A stretch of 64,000 bases of DNA from Tagaea sp. (lineage in GTDB: Bacteria; Pseudomonadota; Alphaproteobacteria; CACIAM-22H2), in assembly GCA_965279525.1 (NCBI GenBank), contig CBDIIB010000005.1, forward strand, positions 576,001 to 640,000, written 5' to 3'. The stretch's first letter is position 1. Each line of letters opens with the position of its first letter. A program made the translations under genes and the position numbers. Under the pieces are notes generated by a model. It was not told the origin of the DNA. It was given only the letters and a program-made list of their open reading frames with translations, and did not search any database. This document shows, in pieces, positions 49,791 to 60,322 of this stretch.

Positions 49791-51434
49791 TCACATGTTC
49801 GGGTAGTTGGGCCCGCCACCGCCCTCGGGCACGACCCAGTTGATGTTCTGGGTCGGATCCTTGATGTCGCATGTCTTGCAGTGCACGCAGTTCTGCGCGT
49901 TGATCTGCAGGCGCGGGTTCGTCGCGGCATCGACGATCTCGTAGACGCCGGCCGGGCAATAGCGCTGCTCGGGCGCGTCATAGATCGCGAGATTGTGCGC
50001 GACAGGCACCGACGCGTCCTTCAGCGTGAGATGTGCGGGCTGGTTCTCCTCGTGGTTGGTGCTCGAGAGGAACACCGAGGAAAGCCGGTCGAACGACACC
50101 TTGCCGTCGGGCTTCGGATACGCGATGGGCATCGACGCGGCGGCGGGCCTGAGCGATTCGTTGTCGGGATGGTGGCCGAAGGTCCACGGTGCCTTGCCGC
50201 GCAGCAGGTACGTGTCGATGGCGCCATAGGCCATGCCGACCCACAGGCCCTTCGTGAAGGCGGGCCGGATGTTGCGCACGGCCGAAAGTTCTTCCCACAC
50301 CCACGATGCCTTGAGCTTTTCGGGATAGGCCGTGGGCGCGTCGATGCGCCCCGGGCATCCGCCCAGCGCTTCGAACACCGCTTCTGCGCACAGCATGCCG
50401 GACTTCATCGCCGTGTGGCTGCCCTTGATCTTGGGCACGTTCACGAAGCCCGCCGAGCAGCCGACGATGGCGCCGCCCGGGAACACGAGCTTCGGGATCG
50501 CCTGCAGCCCGCCTTCGTTGATGGCGCGCGCCCCATAGGCGATGCGCCGTCCGCCCTCGAAGGTCGGGCGGATCGCGGGGTGCGTCTTGAAGCGCTGGAA
50601 TTCCTCGAACGGCGACAGATACGGGTTCTTGTAATCGAGGCCGACGACATAGCCGACCGCGACCTGGTTGTCGGCGAGGTGATAGAGGAACGACCCGCCA
50701 TAGGTTTCCCAGTCGAGCGGCCAGCCCACCGTGTGCACGACGCGCCCGGCATGGTGCTTGGCCGGATCGATCTCCCACAGCTCCTTGATGCCGAGGCCGA
50801 ACGTCTGCGGTGCGGCGCCTTCGCGCAGGCCGAACTTCGCGAACAGCGACTTTGTCAGCGAGCCGCGCACGCCTTCGGCGAAGATCGTGGCGCGGCCGTG
50901 GATCTCCACGCCGGGCGTGAAGTTCGCGGTCTTGCCGCCGTCCTTGCCGATGCCCATGTCGCCGGTGGCGACACCGGAGACGGCACCGTCTTCGCCGTAG
51001 AGAATTTCGGCCGCCGCGAAGCCGGCGAAGATTTCCACGCCGAGCCCCTCGGCCTGCTGGGCAAGCCAGCGGCACAAGTTGCCGAGGCTGGCGATGTAGT
51101 TTCCTTCGTTGTGCATCTGCGGCGGCGTCGGCAGCCGGATCGAGTACTTCTTCGTCAGGAACAGGAAGCGGTCCTCGACGACGGGCGTGTCGAGGGGTGC
51201 ACCGTTCGCCTTCCAGTCGGGCAGCAGTTCGTCGAGCGCGCGCGGTTCGACGACCGCACCCGACAGGATGTGGGCACCCACCTCCGAGCCCTTCTCGAGC
51301 ACGCAGACCGAAACCTCGCGGCCGGCCGCGGCGGCCAGCTGCTTCATCCGGATCGCCGCCCCCAGACCCGACGGTCCGGCGCCGACGATGACGACGTCAT
51401 AGTCCATCCGTTCGCGGTCGGTGCGGGTGCTCAT
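49791..51434 (-). CDS. Electron transfer flavoprotein-ubiquinone oxidoreductase
   Basis: [40 protein letters not shown]. Confidence 0.97.
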   Translation of the reverse strand: MSTRTDRERMDYDVVIVGAGPSGLGAAIRMKQLAAAAGREVSVCVLEKGSEVGAHILSGAVVEPRALDELLPDWKANGAPLDTPVVEDRFLFLTKKYSIRLPTPPQMHNEGNYIASLGNLCRWLAQQAEGLGVEIFAGFAAAEILYGEDGAVSGVATGDMGIGKDGGKTANFTPGVEIHGRATIFAEGVRGSLTKSLFAKFGLREGAAPQTFGLGIKELWEIDPAKHHAGRVVHTVGWPLDWETYGGSFLYHLADNQVAVGYVVGLDYKNPYLSPFEEFQRFKTHPAIRPTFEGGRRIAYGARAINEGGLQAIPKLVFPGGAIVGCSAGFVNVPKIKGSHTAMKSGMLCAEAVFEALGGCPGRIDAPTAYPEKLKASWVWEELSAVRNIRPAFTKGLWVGMAYGAIDTYLLRGKAPWTFGHHPDNESLRPAAASMPIAYPKPDGKVSFDRLSSVFLSSTNHEENQPAHLTLKDASVPVAHNLAIYDAPEQRYCPAGVYEIVDAATNPRLQINAQNCVHCKTCDIKDPTQNINWVVPEGGGGPNYPNM

Positions 51435-51500
51435 GCGGACTCCCTGGTGGCCACGAACCTCATACTCGATCCGCCGGCCTCCGTGGTAGGGTCGCGGCCG

Positions 51501-52319
51501 ATGAGCGACCTCGCCACCCTGCGCTGGCTGATCGAGGCCGGGGCGGACGAGGCGGTCCTCGACACCCCCCTCGACCGGTTTTCCGCCCCGCCGCCCGTCG
51601 CCGTTCCGGCGACCGTCCGGCCGGCGCCGCGAATCGTGCCCGACATTCCCGCCGTCCCGGCCCCGACCCTCGCCGCCCCCCAGCCGGCGGCGCAGGCGGT
51701 CGTCTCGGCCCGCACCGCCGCCGCCGCCGCCCGCACTCTCGACGAGCTCAAGGCCGCCCTCGTCGCCTTCGAGGGCTGCGCCCTCAAGGCCACCGCGACC
51801 AACCTCGTCTTCGCCGACGGCAATCCCGCCGCCAAGATCATGCTGGTCGGCGAGGCCCCCGGGGCGGACGAGGACCGGCAGGGCAAACCTTTCGTCGGCG
51901 TCTCCGGCCAGCTCCTCGACCGGATGCTGGCGGCGATCGGCCTCGACCGGACAAGCGTCTACATCACCAACGTGGTCCCCTGGCGCCCGCCGGCCAACCG
52001 CACGCCAAGCGCCACGGAGCTGGCGATGTGCCTGCCCTTCGTGCAGCGGCACATCGCGCTGGTGAACCCGCAAGTTCTTGTTCTGGTAGGTGGAATTTCG
52101 GCAAAGGCCCTGCTCGACACGACCGAGGGGATCATGCGGCTGCGCGGCCGCTGGCGGACCTACCGCACCCCCGATATGGCGGCGGACATACCCGTGTTGC
52201 CGACATATCACCCTGCCTATTTGTTGCGCCAGCCCTCCCAAAAAAGGGATTCGTGGCGCGATTTATTGTCGATCAAACAAAAGATCACCAACAATATAAA
52301 TAACCCGGCAAGTAATTAG
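51501..52319 (+). CDS. Uracil-DNA glycosylase family 4
   Basis: [31 protein letters not shown]. Confidence 0.94.
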   Translation: MSDLATLRWLIEAGADEAVLDTPLDRFSAPPPVAVPATVRPAPRIVPDIPAVPAPTLAAPQPAAQAVVSARTAAAAARTLDELKAALVAFEGCALKATATNLVFADGNPAAKIMLVGEAPGADEDRQGKPFVGVSGQLLDRMLAAIGLDRTSVYITNVVPWRPPANRTPSATELAMCLPFVQRHIALVNPQVLVLVGGISAKALLDTTEGIMRLRGRWRTYRTPDMAADIPVLPTYHPAYLLRQPSQKRDSWRDLLSIKQKITNNINNPASN

Positions 52320-52407
52320 TGCCATCTATACTTTGAGCTAAGCTTGTGGAAAACTTGATATTTCTGCTTGCCTTGACCGGATATATTCGACTACCACTTC
52401 GCCAACC

Positions 52408-54444
52408 ATGAACAAATCGTTAATCTATATTTCCCGGTTGGCATATTTTTTCGGCACGGGCCTCTTCGGCCTGTCGCTGACCCTCTCCGCATCCGCAAAT
52501 GCCCAGACACGCGTCGAGACGGCGGCCCTGCCGCGCTTCGACGTCCAGCTCGACCGGACGGCCGAGCTGCCGCAGCCGCTGACCGCCGCCGATGTGCAGG
52601 CCTACCGGCAGGCATTCCAGCTCCAGCTCCGGGGCGCCTATGCCGATGCCGACATGGTCCTGCGGGGGGTCAAGAACCGCATGCTCGTCGGCCATGTGCT
52701 GGCCGAGCGCTATCTGAGCTCCCGCTACCGGTCCAGTGTGGAAGAACTGTCGAACTGGCTGCGGGACTACGCCGACCAGCCCGACGCGCGCGCCCTCTAT
52801 TCGCTGGCCGTCCGACGCCAGGGTGGCAAGGCCGCCAACCTGACCCGGCCGCGTGGCGAAGCTTCGTTCGCCGAACGCGCCTCGGCCGACGATCTGGGCC
52901 CGTCGCTCAACCGGCCGATCCCGCCGGGCAAGGGCGCGCCCGGGGCACCGGCGCTGCGCAACCGGCTCAAGGACCTGCTCGGCGACGGCAAGTTCGATGC
53001 GGCCGAGCGCATTCTGGTCGCCCGGGAAACAACTCACACGCTGTCGGCCGGCGAGATCGACCATTTCAAGGCGATGCTGGCCGCCGGCTGGTTCGCCCGC
53101 GGCGACGACGCCCAGGCGATCGAGTTCGCCGGCGCGGCCGCCGCACGCTCGGGCGCGCTGGTGCCGCGCGCCCACTGGATCGCCGGCCTCGCCCGCTTCC
53201 GCCAGGGCGACTACAACCGCGCGGTCGGACATTTCGAGACGCTCGCCCGCCTGCCGCAGGGCCAGCCCTGGGACATCGCGGCCGGCGCGTTCTGGGCAGC
53301 GCGCACGCATCTGCATGCCCGCCGGCCCGACGTCTACAATTCCTGGCTTGCCCTGGCGGCCGAGCATCCGCGCACGTTCTACGGCCTGCTCGCCGCGCGC
53401 ACGCTGGGCATCGATCCGGGCCTCAACTGGAACCCGCCCGCGCTCAGCCAGTCGGAGATCGACCAGCTCCAGCGCTATCCCGGCGCGCAACGCGTGTTCG
53501 CCCTGCTGCAGGTCGGACAGGACCGCCGCGCCGAGGCCGAGCTGCGCCGCGTCTACGCGCAGAGCGGCTCGGGCATCGTGCGCGCGATCCTTGCCGTCGC
53601 CATGCGCGCCAACATGCCCGGCCTCGCGATGCGCCTGGCGCGCGAGATCGCCGATCTCGACGGACGGCGCTTCGACGGCGCCTTCTACCCGATCCCGAAC
53701 TGGCAGCCGATCGGCGGCTACGACATCGACCCGGCCCTCGTCTTCGCGTTCATGCGCGTCGAATCCGCGTTCAATCCGGCGGCCCTCAGCCCGGCGGGTG
53801 CCCGCGGCCTCATGCAGCTGATGCCGGCGACGGCGGCGGCGATGGACGGCCGCTCGTTCCGCGGGCGGCTCGAACTGCTGCTCGAGCCCGAGGTCAATGT
53901 CACGCTCGGCCAGCGCTATATCCGCCATCTGCTCGACGAGCCGCTGGTGGGCGGCGAGATGGTCCGTCTCGCCGCGGCGTATAACGGCGGCATCGGCAAT
54001 CTCTCGCGCTGGAAGCGCCTGCAGGACAATCGCGGCGAGAAGCGCGAGGACGCGCTGCTGTTCATCGAAAGCCTGCCTGCGGCCGAGACGCGCCAGTTCA
54101 TCGCGCGCCTGCTCTATTCCTACTGGATGTACGCCGAACGGCTTGGCCAGGCCACGCCGTCGCTCGACCAGGTGGCGCAGGGCGAATGGCCGATCTACGT
54201 CGCGTCCGCCCCCGTCGCGACTCGGCCCGTCGCACCGGTCGCGCGCGATTCGGTCCAGCCGCCGCCGCCGCCGCCCGTGCTCGCCCCGCGCGACCAGACG
54301 ACGCTCGCGGCCCTCGCTGCCCCCGTGTTGCCGGCACCCGTTGCACCGGCACCCGTTGCAAGACCGGCCCCGGCTCCGGCAGTCTCGGTCCTGCCGCTGC
54401 CGCCCAGCCCCGCTCCCCGTCGCGAGGCCCGCGCGCGGCGCTAG
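52408..54444 (+). CDS. Lytic transglycosylase (SLT domain, TPR-like helices)
   Basis: RVESAF, ARGLMQLMPAT, AYNGG, ETR. Confidence 0.92.
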   Translation: MNKSLIYISRLAYFFGTGLFGLSLTLSASANAQTRVETAALPRFDVQLDRTAELPQPLTAADVQAYRQAFQLQLRGAYADADMVLRGVKNRMLVGHVLAERYLSSRYRSSVEELSNWLRDYADQPDARALYSLAVRRQGGKAANLTRPRGEASFAERASADDLGPSLNRPIPPGKGAPGAPALRNRLKDLLGDGKFDAAERILVARETTHTLSAGEIDHFKAMLAAGWFARGDDAQAIEFAGAAAARSGALVPRAHWIAGLARFRQGDYNRAVGHFETLARLPQGQPWDIAAGAFWAARTHLHARRPDVYNSWLALAAEHPRTFYGLLAARTLGIDPGLNWNPPALSQSEIDQLQRYPGAQRVFALLQVGQDRRAEAELRRVYAQSGSGIVRAILAVAMRANMPGLAMRLAREIADLDGRRFDGAFYPIPNWQPIGGYDIDPALVFAFMRVESAFNPAALSPAGARGLMQLMPATAAAMDGRSFRGRLELLLEPEVNVTLGQRYIRHLLDEPLVGGEMVRLAAAYNGGIGNLSRWKRLQDNRGEKREDALLFIESLPAAETRQFIARLLYSYWMYAERLGQATPSLDQVAQGEWPIYVASAPVATRPVAPVARDSVQPPPPPPVLAPRDQTTLAALAAPVLPAPVAPAPVARPAPAPAVSVLPLPPSPAPRREARARR

Positions 54445-54465
54445 CCCCGGAAGGTGCCGCGCCCG

Positions 54466-55023
54466 ATGCCCAAGCTCGACGAATCCCGCCCCTTCCTTGC
54501 CTGCAACATCGCGGTCCTGACCGTTTCGGACACGCGCGATCCGGCGTCCGACCGCTCGGGCAACGCGCTTGGCGAGATGATCGCGCGCGACGGACACCGC
54601 GTGGCCGCACGCGCGATCGTGCGCGACGAGATCGCGCTCATCCAGGCGCAGCTCAAGGCCTGGATCGCCGATCCGGCGATCGACGTGGTGATCTCCACGG
54701 GCGGTACCGGCGTCACCGGGCGCGACGTGACGCCCGAGGCGTTCGAGCCGCTCTACGAGAAGAAGATCGACGGCTTCGGCGAGATGTTCAGGATGATCAG
54801 CTTCGGCAAGGTCGGCACGTCGGCGCTGCAGAGCCGTGCGACAGGCGGCGTTGCCGGCGGGACCTACCTGTTCGCGTTGCCGGGCTCGCCCTCGGCGTGT
54901 CGCGACGGCTGGGACGAGATCCTGAAATGGCAGCTCGACAATCGCCATCGCCCCTGCAACCTCGTGGAGCTGATGCCGCGCCTGCAGGAGCATCTGGCGG
55001 TCAAGCCGAAGGCGACGGTCTGA
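54466..55023 (+). CDS. moaB: Molybdenum cofactor biosynthesis protein B
   Basis: IAVLTVSD, TGGTGVTGRDVTPEA, LPGS. Confidence 0.94.
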   Translation: MPKLDESRPFLACNIAVLTVSDTRDPASDRSGNALGEMIARDGHRVAARAIVRDEIALIQAQLKAWIADPAIDVVISTGGTGVTGRDVTPEAFEPLYEKKIDGFGEMFRMISFGKVGTSALQSRATGGVAGGTYLFALPGSPSACRDGWDEILKWQLDNRHRPCNLVELMPRLQEHLAVKPKATV

Positions 55024-55027
55024 CGCC

Positions 55028-55819
55028 TCACGCGATTTCGAACAGATGCGCGTCGATCCGGTGGACGATGTCGAATTCCGGCGGGGCGATGCGTGCGAGC
55101 AACTCGGCGTGCGCCGCGTCGAACGCGGCGACGGCCGCGTCATCCAGCGTGGCTCCCACGCCGCGGCATGCGCGCATGCGCCCGCGCCAGCTTTCGGCCG
55201 TGAAGCGGACAGGCGCGTCGAACCAGAACATCGCGCGCAGGTTCAGTCCGCGTCTGGCTGCCCAGTCCGGGACCGGCGGGACCGTCCCCACCCAGTCGCC
55301 GCCGCGCCAGGCGGGGTTGAACTCGAGCACCAGCGCCTCGCTCGCCTGCGCGATCGGATTGAGGCGCGGCAGCCAGGTGAAATGGCTCGTCGACAGCGTG
55401 CCGCCGGGAACGAGCACGCGGCGCAACTCGGCAAGCGTGCGATCGGGATCGAAATAGAGCCAGCACTGGTTGGCGGTCGCCACGTCGAACGAACGGGCCT
55501 CGAACGGCGTGGTTTCGGCCGGCGCCACCTCGAAACGGCCGGCAAGCCCTTCGTCGGCCGCAAGCCGGCGCGCGGCCTCGATCTGGCCGGCGGCGATGTC
55601 GATCCCGGCGACGACGCTGCCCTGGCGCGCGAACTGGCGGGCCAGCAGCCCGGTCCCGGTCGCAAGGTCGAGGACGCGCTGGCCGGGCAGGCCGATGCCG
55701 AGGGCGGCCAGTCGCCGGAAAAATTCTTCCGGCGGCCCCGGCCGATGGCGGGCATAGTCGGCGCTCGTCCGGCTCCAGTCGATGGCGCGGCCCGGATCGA
55801 TGTTGGAAATCCCGTGCAT
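55028..55819 (-). CDS. Class I SAM-dependent methyltransferase
   Basis: VLDLATGTG, FDVATANQ, LVPGG. Confidence 0.9.
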   Translation of the reverse strand: MHGISNIDPGRAIDWSRTSADYARHRPGPPEEFFRRLAALGIGLPGQRVLDLATGTGLLARQFARQGSVVAGIDIAAGQIEAARRLAADEGLAGRFEVAPAETTPFEARSFDVATANQCWLYFDPDRTLAELRRVLVPGGTLSTSHFTWLPRLNPIAQASEALVLEFNPAWRGGDWVGTVPPVPDWAARRGLNLRAMFWFDAPVRFTAESWRGRMRACRGVGATLDDAAVAAFDAAHAELLARIAPPEFDIVHRIDAHLFEIA

Positions 55820-55888
55820 GGGCCCAAGCATGGCCCGGCTTCAAGCCAATCGCCAAGTGCTACAAAAACATTGTAGAAACGCCGGACC

Positions 55889-56899
55889 ATGACGATGCCC
55901 GCTTCCACCGCCGTTTTCGCCGCCCTGCGCGCCCTACCGCGATTCGCCGAGCTGCCGGAAAATTCGCTTGTCCCGCTCGAACGCAAGGGACTGGCGCACG
56001 CCCATTTGCGCGTCACCGGCGGAAGGGCACTCGTGCGCATCCCGCTTGCGGCGTTCGGCGGTCTCGACGCGCCGTCGAGCCTCGCGCGCGAAGCCGAGTG
56101 TTTCGCGCGCGCGCAGCTTTCCGACGCCACGCCGCGCCTGCTTGGCGTGCTGCCGGTTTCGGGCGACCTGCCGTTCGGCGCCCTCGTCGTCGACGACATT
56201 CCGGGCGGTGCCCCGCGCCTGCCGGGCGAGCTGCCGGCGATCGCCAGCGCGCTTGCCGCGATCCACAAGCTGAAGCTGCCCGACGCCGCCGCGCGTGCCC
56301 CCATCGATTCGCCCGCCGATCCGATCGGCGACATCGTCGCCGGCATCGACGCGAACCTGAAGCTCGTCGACAAGGCCGGCCTCGACCCCAAGGTCAAGCT
56401 GGCGTTCGGCCACGAGATCGTCTGGGCGAAGGACTTCGCGGCGACCAACGCCAAGCGCTTCGCCACGCTGACGCGGGCTCTGTGCCTGGTCGATACGCAT
56501 CCGGGCAATTTCGTCGCGGCCCCCGGGGCCCGCGCCTATGCGGTCGATCTGGAAAAATGCATCTACGGCCTGCCGGGGCTGGACGTCGTCCACGCGATCA
56601 TCCTGCCATCGACGAGCTGGGATCCGGACTGTGCCGCAACGCTCGATTCCGGCCAGATCGACGGATTCCTGCGCGCGTGGGCGAACAAGGTCGGCGATCC
56701 GATCGCGCGCGAAACAGTCTCGCTGCTGCGCCCGTTCCGCCGGCTCGTGTGGCTGCGCACCACATCGGTGTTCCTGCGCTTCAAGGTCGAAGGCACGCAC
56801 AAGGCGCTCGACCCGCGTCCCGCCGAACACGCCCAGCGCGCGATCGACGCGGCCCTCGATCCCGCGACCGTCGCCAGCCAGCGCAAGGCGTGGAGCTGA
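55889..56899 (+). CDS. Aminoglycoside phosphotransferase-like kinase
   Basis: LAAIH, VDTHPGN (Brenner-like), VDLEK. Confidence 0.75.
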   Translation: MTMPASTAVFAALRALPRFAELPENSLVPLERKGLAHAHLRVTGGRALVRIPLAAFGGLDAPSSLAREAECFARAQLSDATPRLLGVLPVSGDLPFGALVVDDIPGGAPRLPGELPAIASALAAIHKLKLPDAAARAPIDSPADPIGDIVAGIDANLKLVDKAGLDPKVKLAFGHEIVWAKDFAATNAKRFATLTRALCLVDTHPGNFVAAPGARAYAVDLEKCIYGLPGLDVVHAIILPSTSWDPDCAATLDSGQIDGFLRAWANKVGDPIARETVSLLRPFRRLVWLRTTSVFLRFKVEGTHKALDPRPAEHAQRAIDAALDPATVASQRKAWS

Positions 56900-56903
56900 A
56901 CGC

Positions 56904-57173
56904 CTAGGCCCGAAGGCCGAGGCGCACGCCGTCATGGAAGATGTCGGCCTTGGTCACGTCGACCGGCCGCGGATCCTCGATCCATTCCTCAGTCACGATC
57001 CGCGTTTCATCGGCGAACGCGATGGTCCAGGTGCGGGACCCGTCTTCCGAAAATTCGATCGACATGATCGAGATCGCGCGGCGGTTGAGCAGCGCGTGGC
57101 GCTCGATCGCGGCGGCGACCTTTGAGGCTTCGTAGCGGGGCGCCGCATGCAGCTTCAAGGCGGGTGCACTCAT
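56904..57173 (-). CDS. Small hypothetical protein
   Basis: GGAG SD, GC-rich codon usage; no recognisable motif. Confidence 0.6.
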   Translation of the reverse strand: MSAPALKLHAAPRYEASKVAAAIERHALLNRRAISIMSIEFSEDGSRTWTIAFADETRIVTEEWIEDPRPVDVTKADIFHDGVRLGLRA

Positions 57174-57266
57174 CTGGAACGGGAACTCCAAGGGGTCGGG
57201 TGTGTATGGCGTCGTCAGTTAAGCCCGGCCGGGTTTCGAATTTCCTAAGGTGGTCAGAACCCTTAA

Positions 57267-57281
57267 GTTCTTGAAATGTTC
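57267..57281 (+). promoter_or_regulatory. Alphaproteobacterial LexA (SOS) box
   Basis: GTTC-TTGAAAT-GTTC, exact GTTC-N7-GTTC, ending 26 bp before the ATG. Confidence 0.8.
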
Positions 57282-57307
57282 TCATTGGCGATATAGGCTC
57301 TCCCCCG

Positions 57308-58390
57308 ATGGTCGATATCCTTCCAGATCGTGCGCACAAGGGCCGCGGGGCGGTTTCAAACCAGGTCGGCCGCTTCGAGGCCCAGGCCCGCGTGGCCGTC
57401 GATGACGGCTGGGAACCGGACCCCGAGGACGAACTGCCGACCTTGCGCACGCATGTCGCGCGCGACGCCACGCGCACGATCATCAGCCGCAACGAATCGC
57501 CCGACATCCCGTTCACCCAGTCGATCAATCCCTATCGCGGCTGCGAGCATGGCTGCGTGTATTGCTACGCTCGGCCCACGCACGCCTATCTCGGCCTGTC
57601 GCCGGGCCTCGATTTCGAGACGAAGCTGTTCGCCAAGCCGGAAGCCGCGATGCTGCTGGCGGCCGAGCTGCGCAAGCCCGGCTACAAGCCGATGGCCATC
57701 GCGATGGGCACCAACACCGATCCCTACCAGCCGGTCGAGCGCGAGCACCGGATCACCCGCCAGATCCTCGAGACGCTGCGCGATTTCGGCCATCCGTTCT
57801 CGATCGTCACCAAGTCCGCACTTGTCCTTCGCGATCTCGACATCATCGGGCCGATGGCCGCGCGCAACCTCGCGCACGTGTTCGTGTCGGTCACCACGCT
57901 CGACCGCGAGCTCGCGCGCACGATGGAGCCGCGCGCGTCCACGCCCGGCCGGCGGCTCGACGCGATCCGCGGGCTGGCGGCGGCCGGCGTCAAGGTCGGC
58001 GTGATGGCCGCTCCGATGATCCCCGCGCTCAACGACATGGAATTGGAAGCCATCCTCGAAGCCGCGCGCGATGCCGGTGCCACCAGTGCGGGCTACACGC
58101 TGCTGCGCCTGCCGCTGGAGCTGAAGGAACTGTTCGACGAATGGCTGGAGACACACGTCCCGCTCAAGCGCAGCCACGTTCTGTCGCTGGTGCGCGACAT
58201 GCGCGGCGGCGCGCTCAACAGCGCCCAGTTCGGCAAGCGCTTCACGGGCGAAGGGGCCTATGCCGAAATGGTCTCGAAGCGCTTCCGCGCGGCGCGGGCA
58301 CGCCTCGGTCTCGACCGCAACGACTGGACCTACGACCTCGCGCAGTTCCGCCCCCCGCCGCAGGCCGGCGACCAGATGGCGCTGTTCTAG
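57308..58390 (+). CDS. PA0069/Rv2578c family radical SAM protein (SPL-like)
   Basis: NPYRGCEHGCVYCYAR, TDPYQP. Confidence 0.93.
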   Translation: MVDILPDRAHKGRGAVSNQVGRFEAQARVAVDDGWEPDPEDELPTLRTHVARDATRTIISRNESPDIPFTQSINPYRGCEHGCVYCYARPTHAYLGLSPGLDFETKLFAKPEAAMLLAAELRKPGYKPMAIAMGTNTDPYQPVEREHRITRQILETLRDFGHPFSIVTKSALVLRDLDIIGPMAARNLAHVFVSVTTLDRELARTMEPRASTPGRRLDAIRGLAAAGVKVGVMAAPMIPALNDMELEAILEAARDAGATSAGYTLLRLPLELKELFDEWLETHVPLKRSHVLSLVRDMRGGALNSAQFGKRFTGEGAYAEMVSKRFRAARARLGLDRNDWTYDLAQFRPPPQAGDQMALF

Positions 58391-59247
58391 CCCCGGTCCT
58401 TGAACCGGTACGGGTGTGCCGGATAGACGCCGATGATCTTGACCATGTCGGAGAAGAACGCGAGTTCCTCCAGCGCCAATTCGAGCGACCGGTCGGCGGG
58501 ATGGCCCTCGACGTCGGCATAGAACTGCGTGGCGGTGAAGCGCCCGCCCATCATGTAGCTCTCGAGCTTCGTCATGTTGACGCCGTTCGTCGCGAAGCCG
58601 CCCATCGCCTTGTAGAGCGCTGCCGGGCGGTTCTTGACGCGGAACACGAACGTGGTGACTGCGGTGCCCTTGCCCGGATCGGCGATCTGCGACTTCTTCG
58701 ACAGGATCACGAAGCGCGTCGTGTTGTGGTCTTCGTCCTCGACATCCTTGCGCAGCGACCTGAGGCCGTAGATCTCGCCAGCAAGGGACGACGCGATCGC
58801 CGCGCGCGTGGGATCGTTCGCGCGCGCGATCTCGGCGGCGGAACCCGCCGTGTCGGCGCCCACGACGCGCTTCAGGCCCAGCTTCTTCATCGATCCGCGG
58901 CACTGGTCGAGCGCCTGGACGTGGCTCTGCACCGTGCGGATCGTCTCGAGCGTGGCGCCGCGCGGGGCGAGCAGATGGTGGTTCACGCGCTGGAAATGTT
59001 CGCCCACGATGTGCAGGCCCGCTTCCGGGATCAGGTGGTGGATTTCCGCCACGCGACCGGCCAGCGAATTCTCGATCGGGATCATCGCGAGGGCCGCACG
59101 GCCCCGGCGTACCGCCTCGAACGCGTCCTCGAAGCTCGGGCACGGCAGCGGCTCGAACGCCGGCCGGGCCGCCTTGCAGGCGAGGTGCGAATAGGCGCCC
59201 GGAACGCCCTGGAAGGCGATCCGTGCGGGCGGTTTGCGTTGGGGCAT
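58387..59247 (-). CDS. pheA: Prephenate dehydratase
   Basis: IAFQGVPGAYS, PIENS, NTTRF, ACT domain NMTKLES. Confidence 0.94.
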   Translation of the reverse strand: MPQRKPPARIAFQGVPGAYSHLACKAARPAFEPLPCPSFEDAFEAVRRGRAALAMIPIENSLAGRVAEIHHLIPEAGLHIVGEHFQRVNHHLLAPRGATLETIRTVQSHVQALDQCRGSMKKLGLKRVVGADTAGSAAEIARANDPTRAAIASSLAGEIYGLRSLRKDVEDEDHNTTRFVILSKKSQIADPGKGTAVTTFVFRVKNRPAALYKAMGGFATNGVNMTKLESYMMGGRFTATQFYADVEGHPADRSLELALEELAFFSDMVKIIGVYPAHPYRFKDRG

Positions 59248-59457
59248 GCGCGTTTACCTTGTCGGGGCCAAGTGACGGGGCGCGGAGTATCGGGGCCGCG
59301 CCCCACGCGCGTCAACAGCCCCCCTGCGGCAGGACGCCGCAGGCGGGGCCAAGCCGCGTGAGGGTTGCACGGGCCGCCGGTCGCCTCTAGATTGCCGCAA
59401 TTCGAGCCGGGTCAGACCCTTGGGCCCGGGGACGCATTTCGACACGAGAGCGGGATC

Positions 59458-59997
59458 ATGAACGCTTACGAACTCAACAAGATCTTCGGCGCGGTCGTTT
59501 CGTCGATCCTCGCGGTGACGGTGATCGGCTTCCTCGCCAACATGCTCGTGCATCCCCGCCTGCTCGAGAAGAGCGTCATCGACATCAAGGTCGCCGATGA
59601 GCCGGCCGCCGGCGGTGCCGCTGCCGCTGCCCCGGTCGCCCTCGACCCGATCGCACCCTTGCTGGCCAAGGCCGACGCCGACGCCGGCAAGGCCGTCACC
59701 AAGAACTGCACGTCGTGCCACTCGTTCGACAAGGGCGGGAAGAACGGCGTGGGCCCCAATCTGTGGGACGTCGTCGGGAACAAGCAGGCGCACATTTCCG
59801 GCTTCGGCTATTCGCCGGCCCTCCAGGGCGCGGGTGGCACCTGGGACTACGAAAAGATCAACGCGTTCCTCGCCAACCCGAAGGCAGCCGTGCCGGGCAC
59901 GCGCATGGCGTTCGCGGGCCTGCGCCGCGCCGACGACCGGGCCAACCTGATCGCCTACATGCGCAGCCTGTCGGACAGCCCCAAGCCGCTTCCGTAG
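59458..59997 (+). CDS. Membrane-anchored cytochrome c (CycM/c2 family)
   Basis: N-terminal TM, CTSCH, GPNL, PGTRM. Confidence 0.93.
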   Translation: MNAYELNKIFGAVVSSILAVTVIGFLANMLVHPRLLEKSVIDIKVADEPAAGGAAAAAPVALDPIAPLLAKADADAGKAVTKNCTSCHSFDKGGKNGVGPNLWDVVGNKQAHISGFGYSPALQGAGGTWDYEKINAFLANPKAAVPGTRMAFAGLRRADDRANLIAYMRSLSDSPKPLP

Positions 59998-60051
59998 CGT
60001 AGACTCCGTCGGCGGATTTCCGCCGACCTTCGCGACAAGAACGAGACGGCA

Positions 60052-60321
60052 ATGGCCGAGCAGACATTCAACGTTTCCGTCGTGCCGATCGGCGGCGTGC
60101 AGATCGCCATCGTGCATGTCGACGCCGCCTCGTGCTCGACGCCCGAGATGCAGTCGCGCTCGATGAAATTCTTCCAGGCGCGCCTCCAGGGCAAGCAGGT
60201 CGTGCTGATGTATGTCGACCTGACGCGCAAGCCCGTGTTCATCGGCCCCGCCCATCTCGCCACGGCCCTGCGCGGCAAGGGCCTGTCGGAGTTCCAGTGG
60301 CAGAAGGCGGTCTTCCGCTGA
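60052..60321 (+). CDS. Small hypothetical protein
   Basis: 89-aa ORF with GC-rich codons, ends 1 bp before the creatininase ATG. Confidence 0.7.
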   Translation: MAEQTFNVSVVPIGGVQIAIVHVDAASCSTPEMQSRSMKFFQARLQGKQVVLMYVDLTRKPVFIGPAHLATALRGKGLSEFQWQKAVFR

Positions 60322-60322
60322 C

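Noticed and set aside
52200-52450. AT-rich patch with one DnaA-box-like TGTGGAAAA as an origin or foreign DNA
   Set aside because: Single imperfect box; best explained as the transglycosylase promoter region in a conserved gene order
60008-60027. GTCGGCGG/CCGCCGAC hairpin after the cytochrome c gene
   Set aside because: No U tract; ordinary stabilising or weak terminator hairpin
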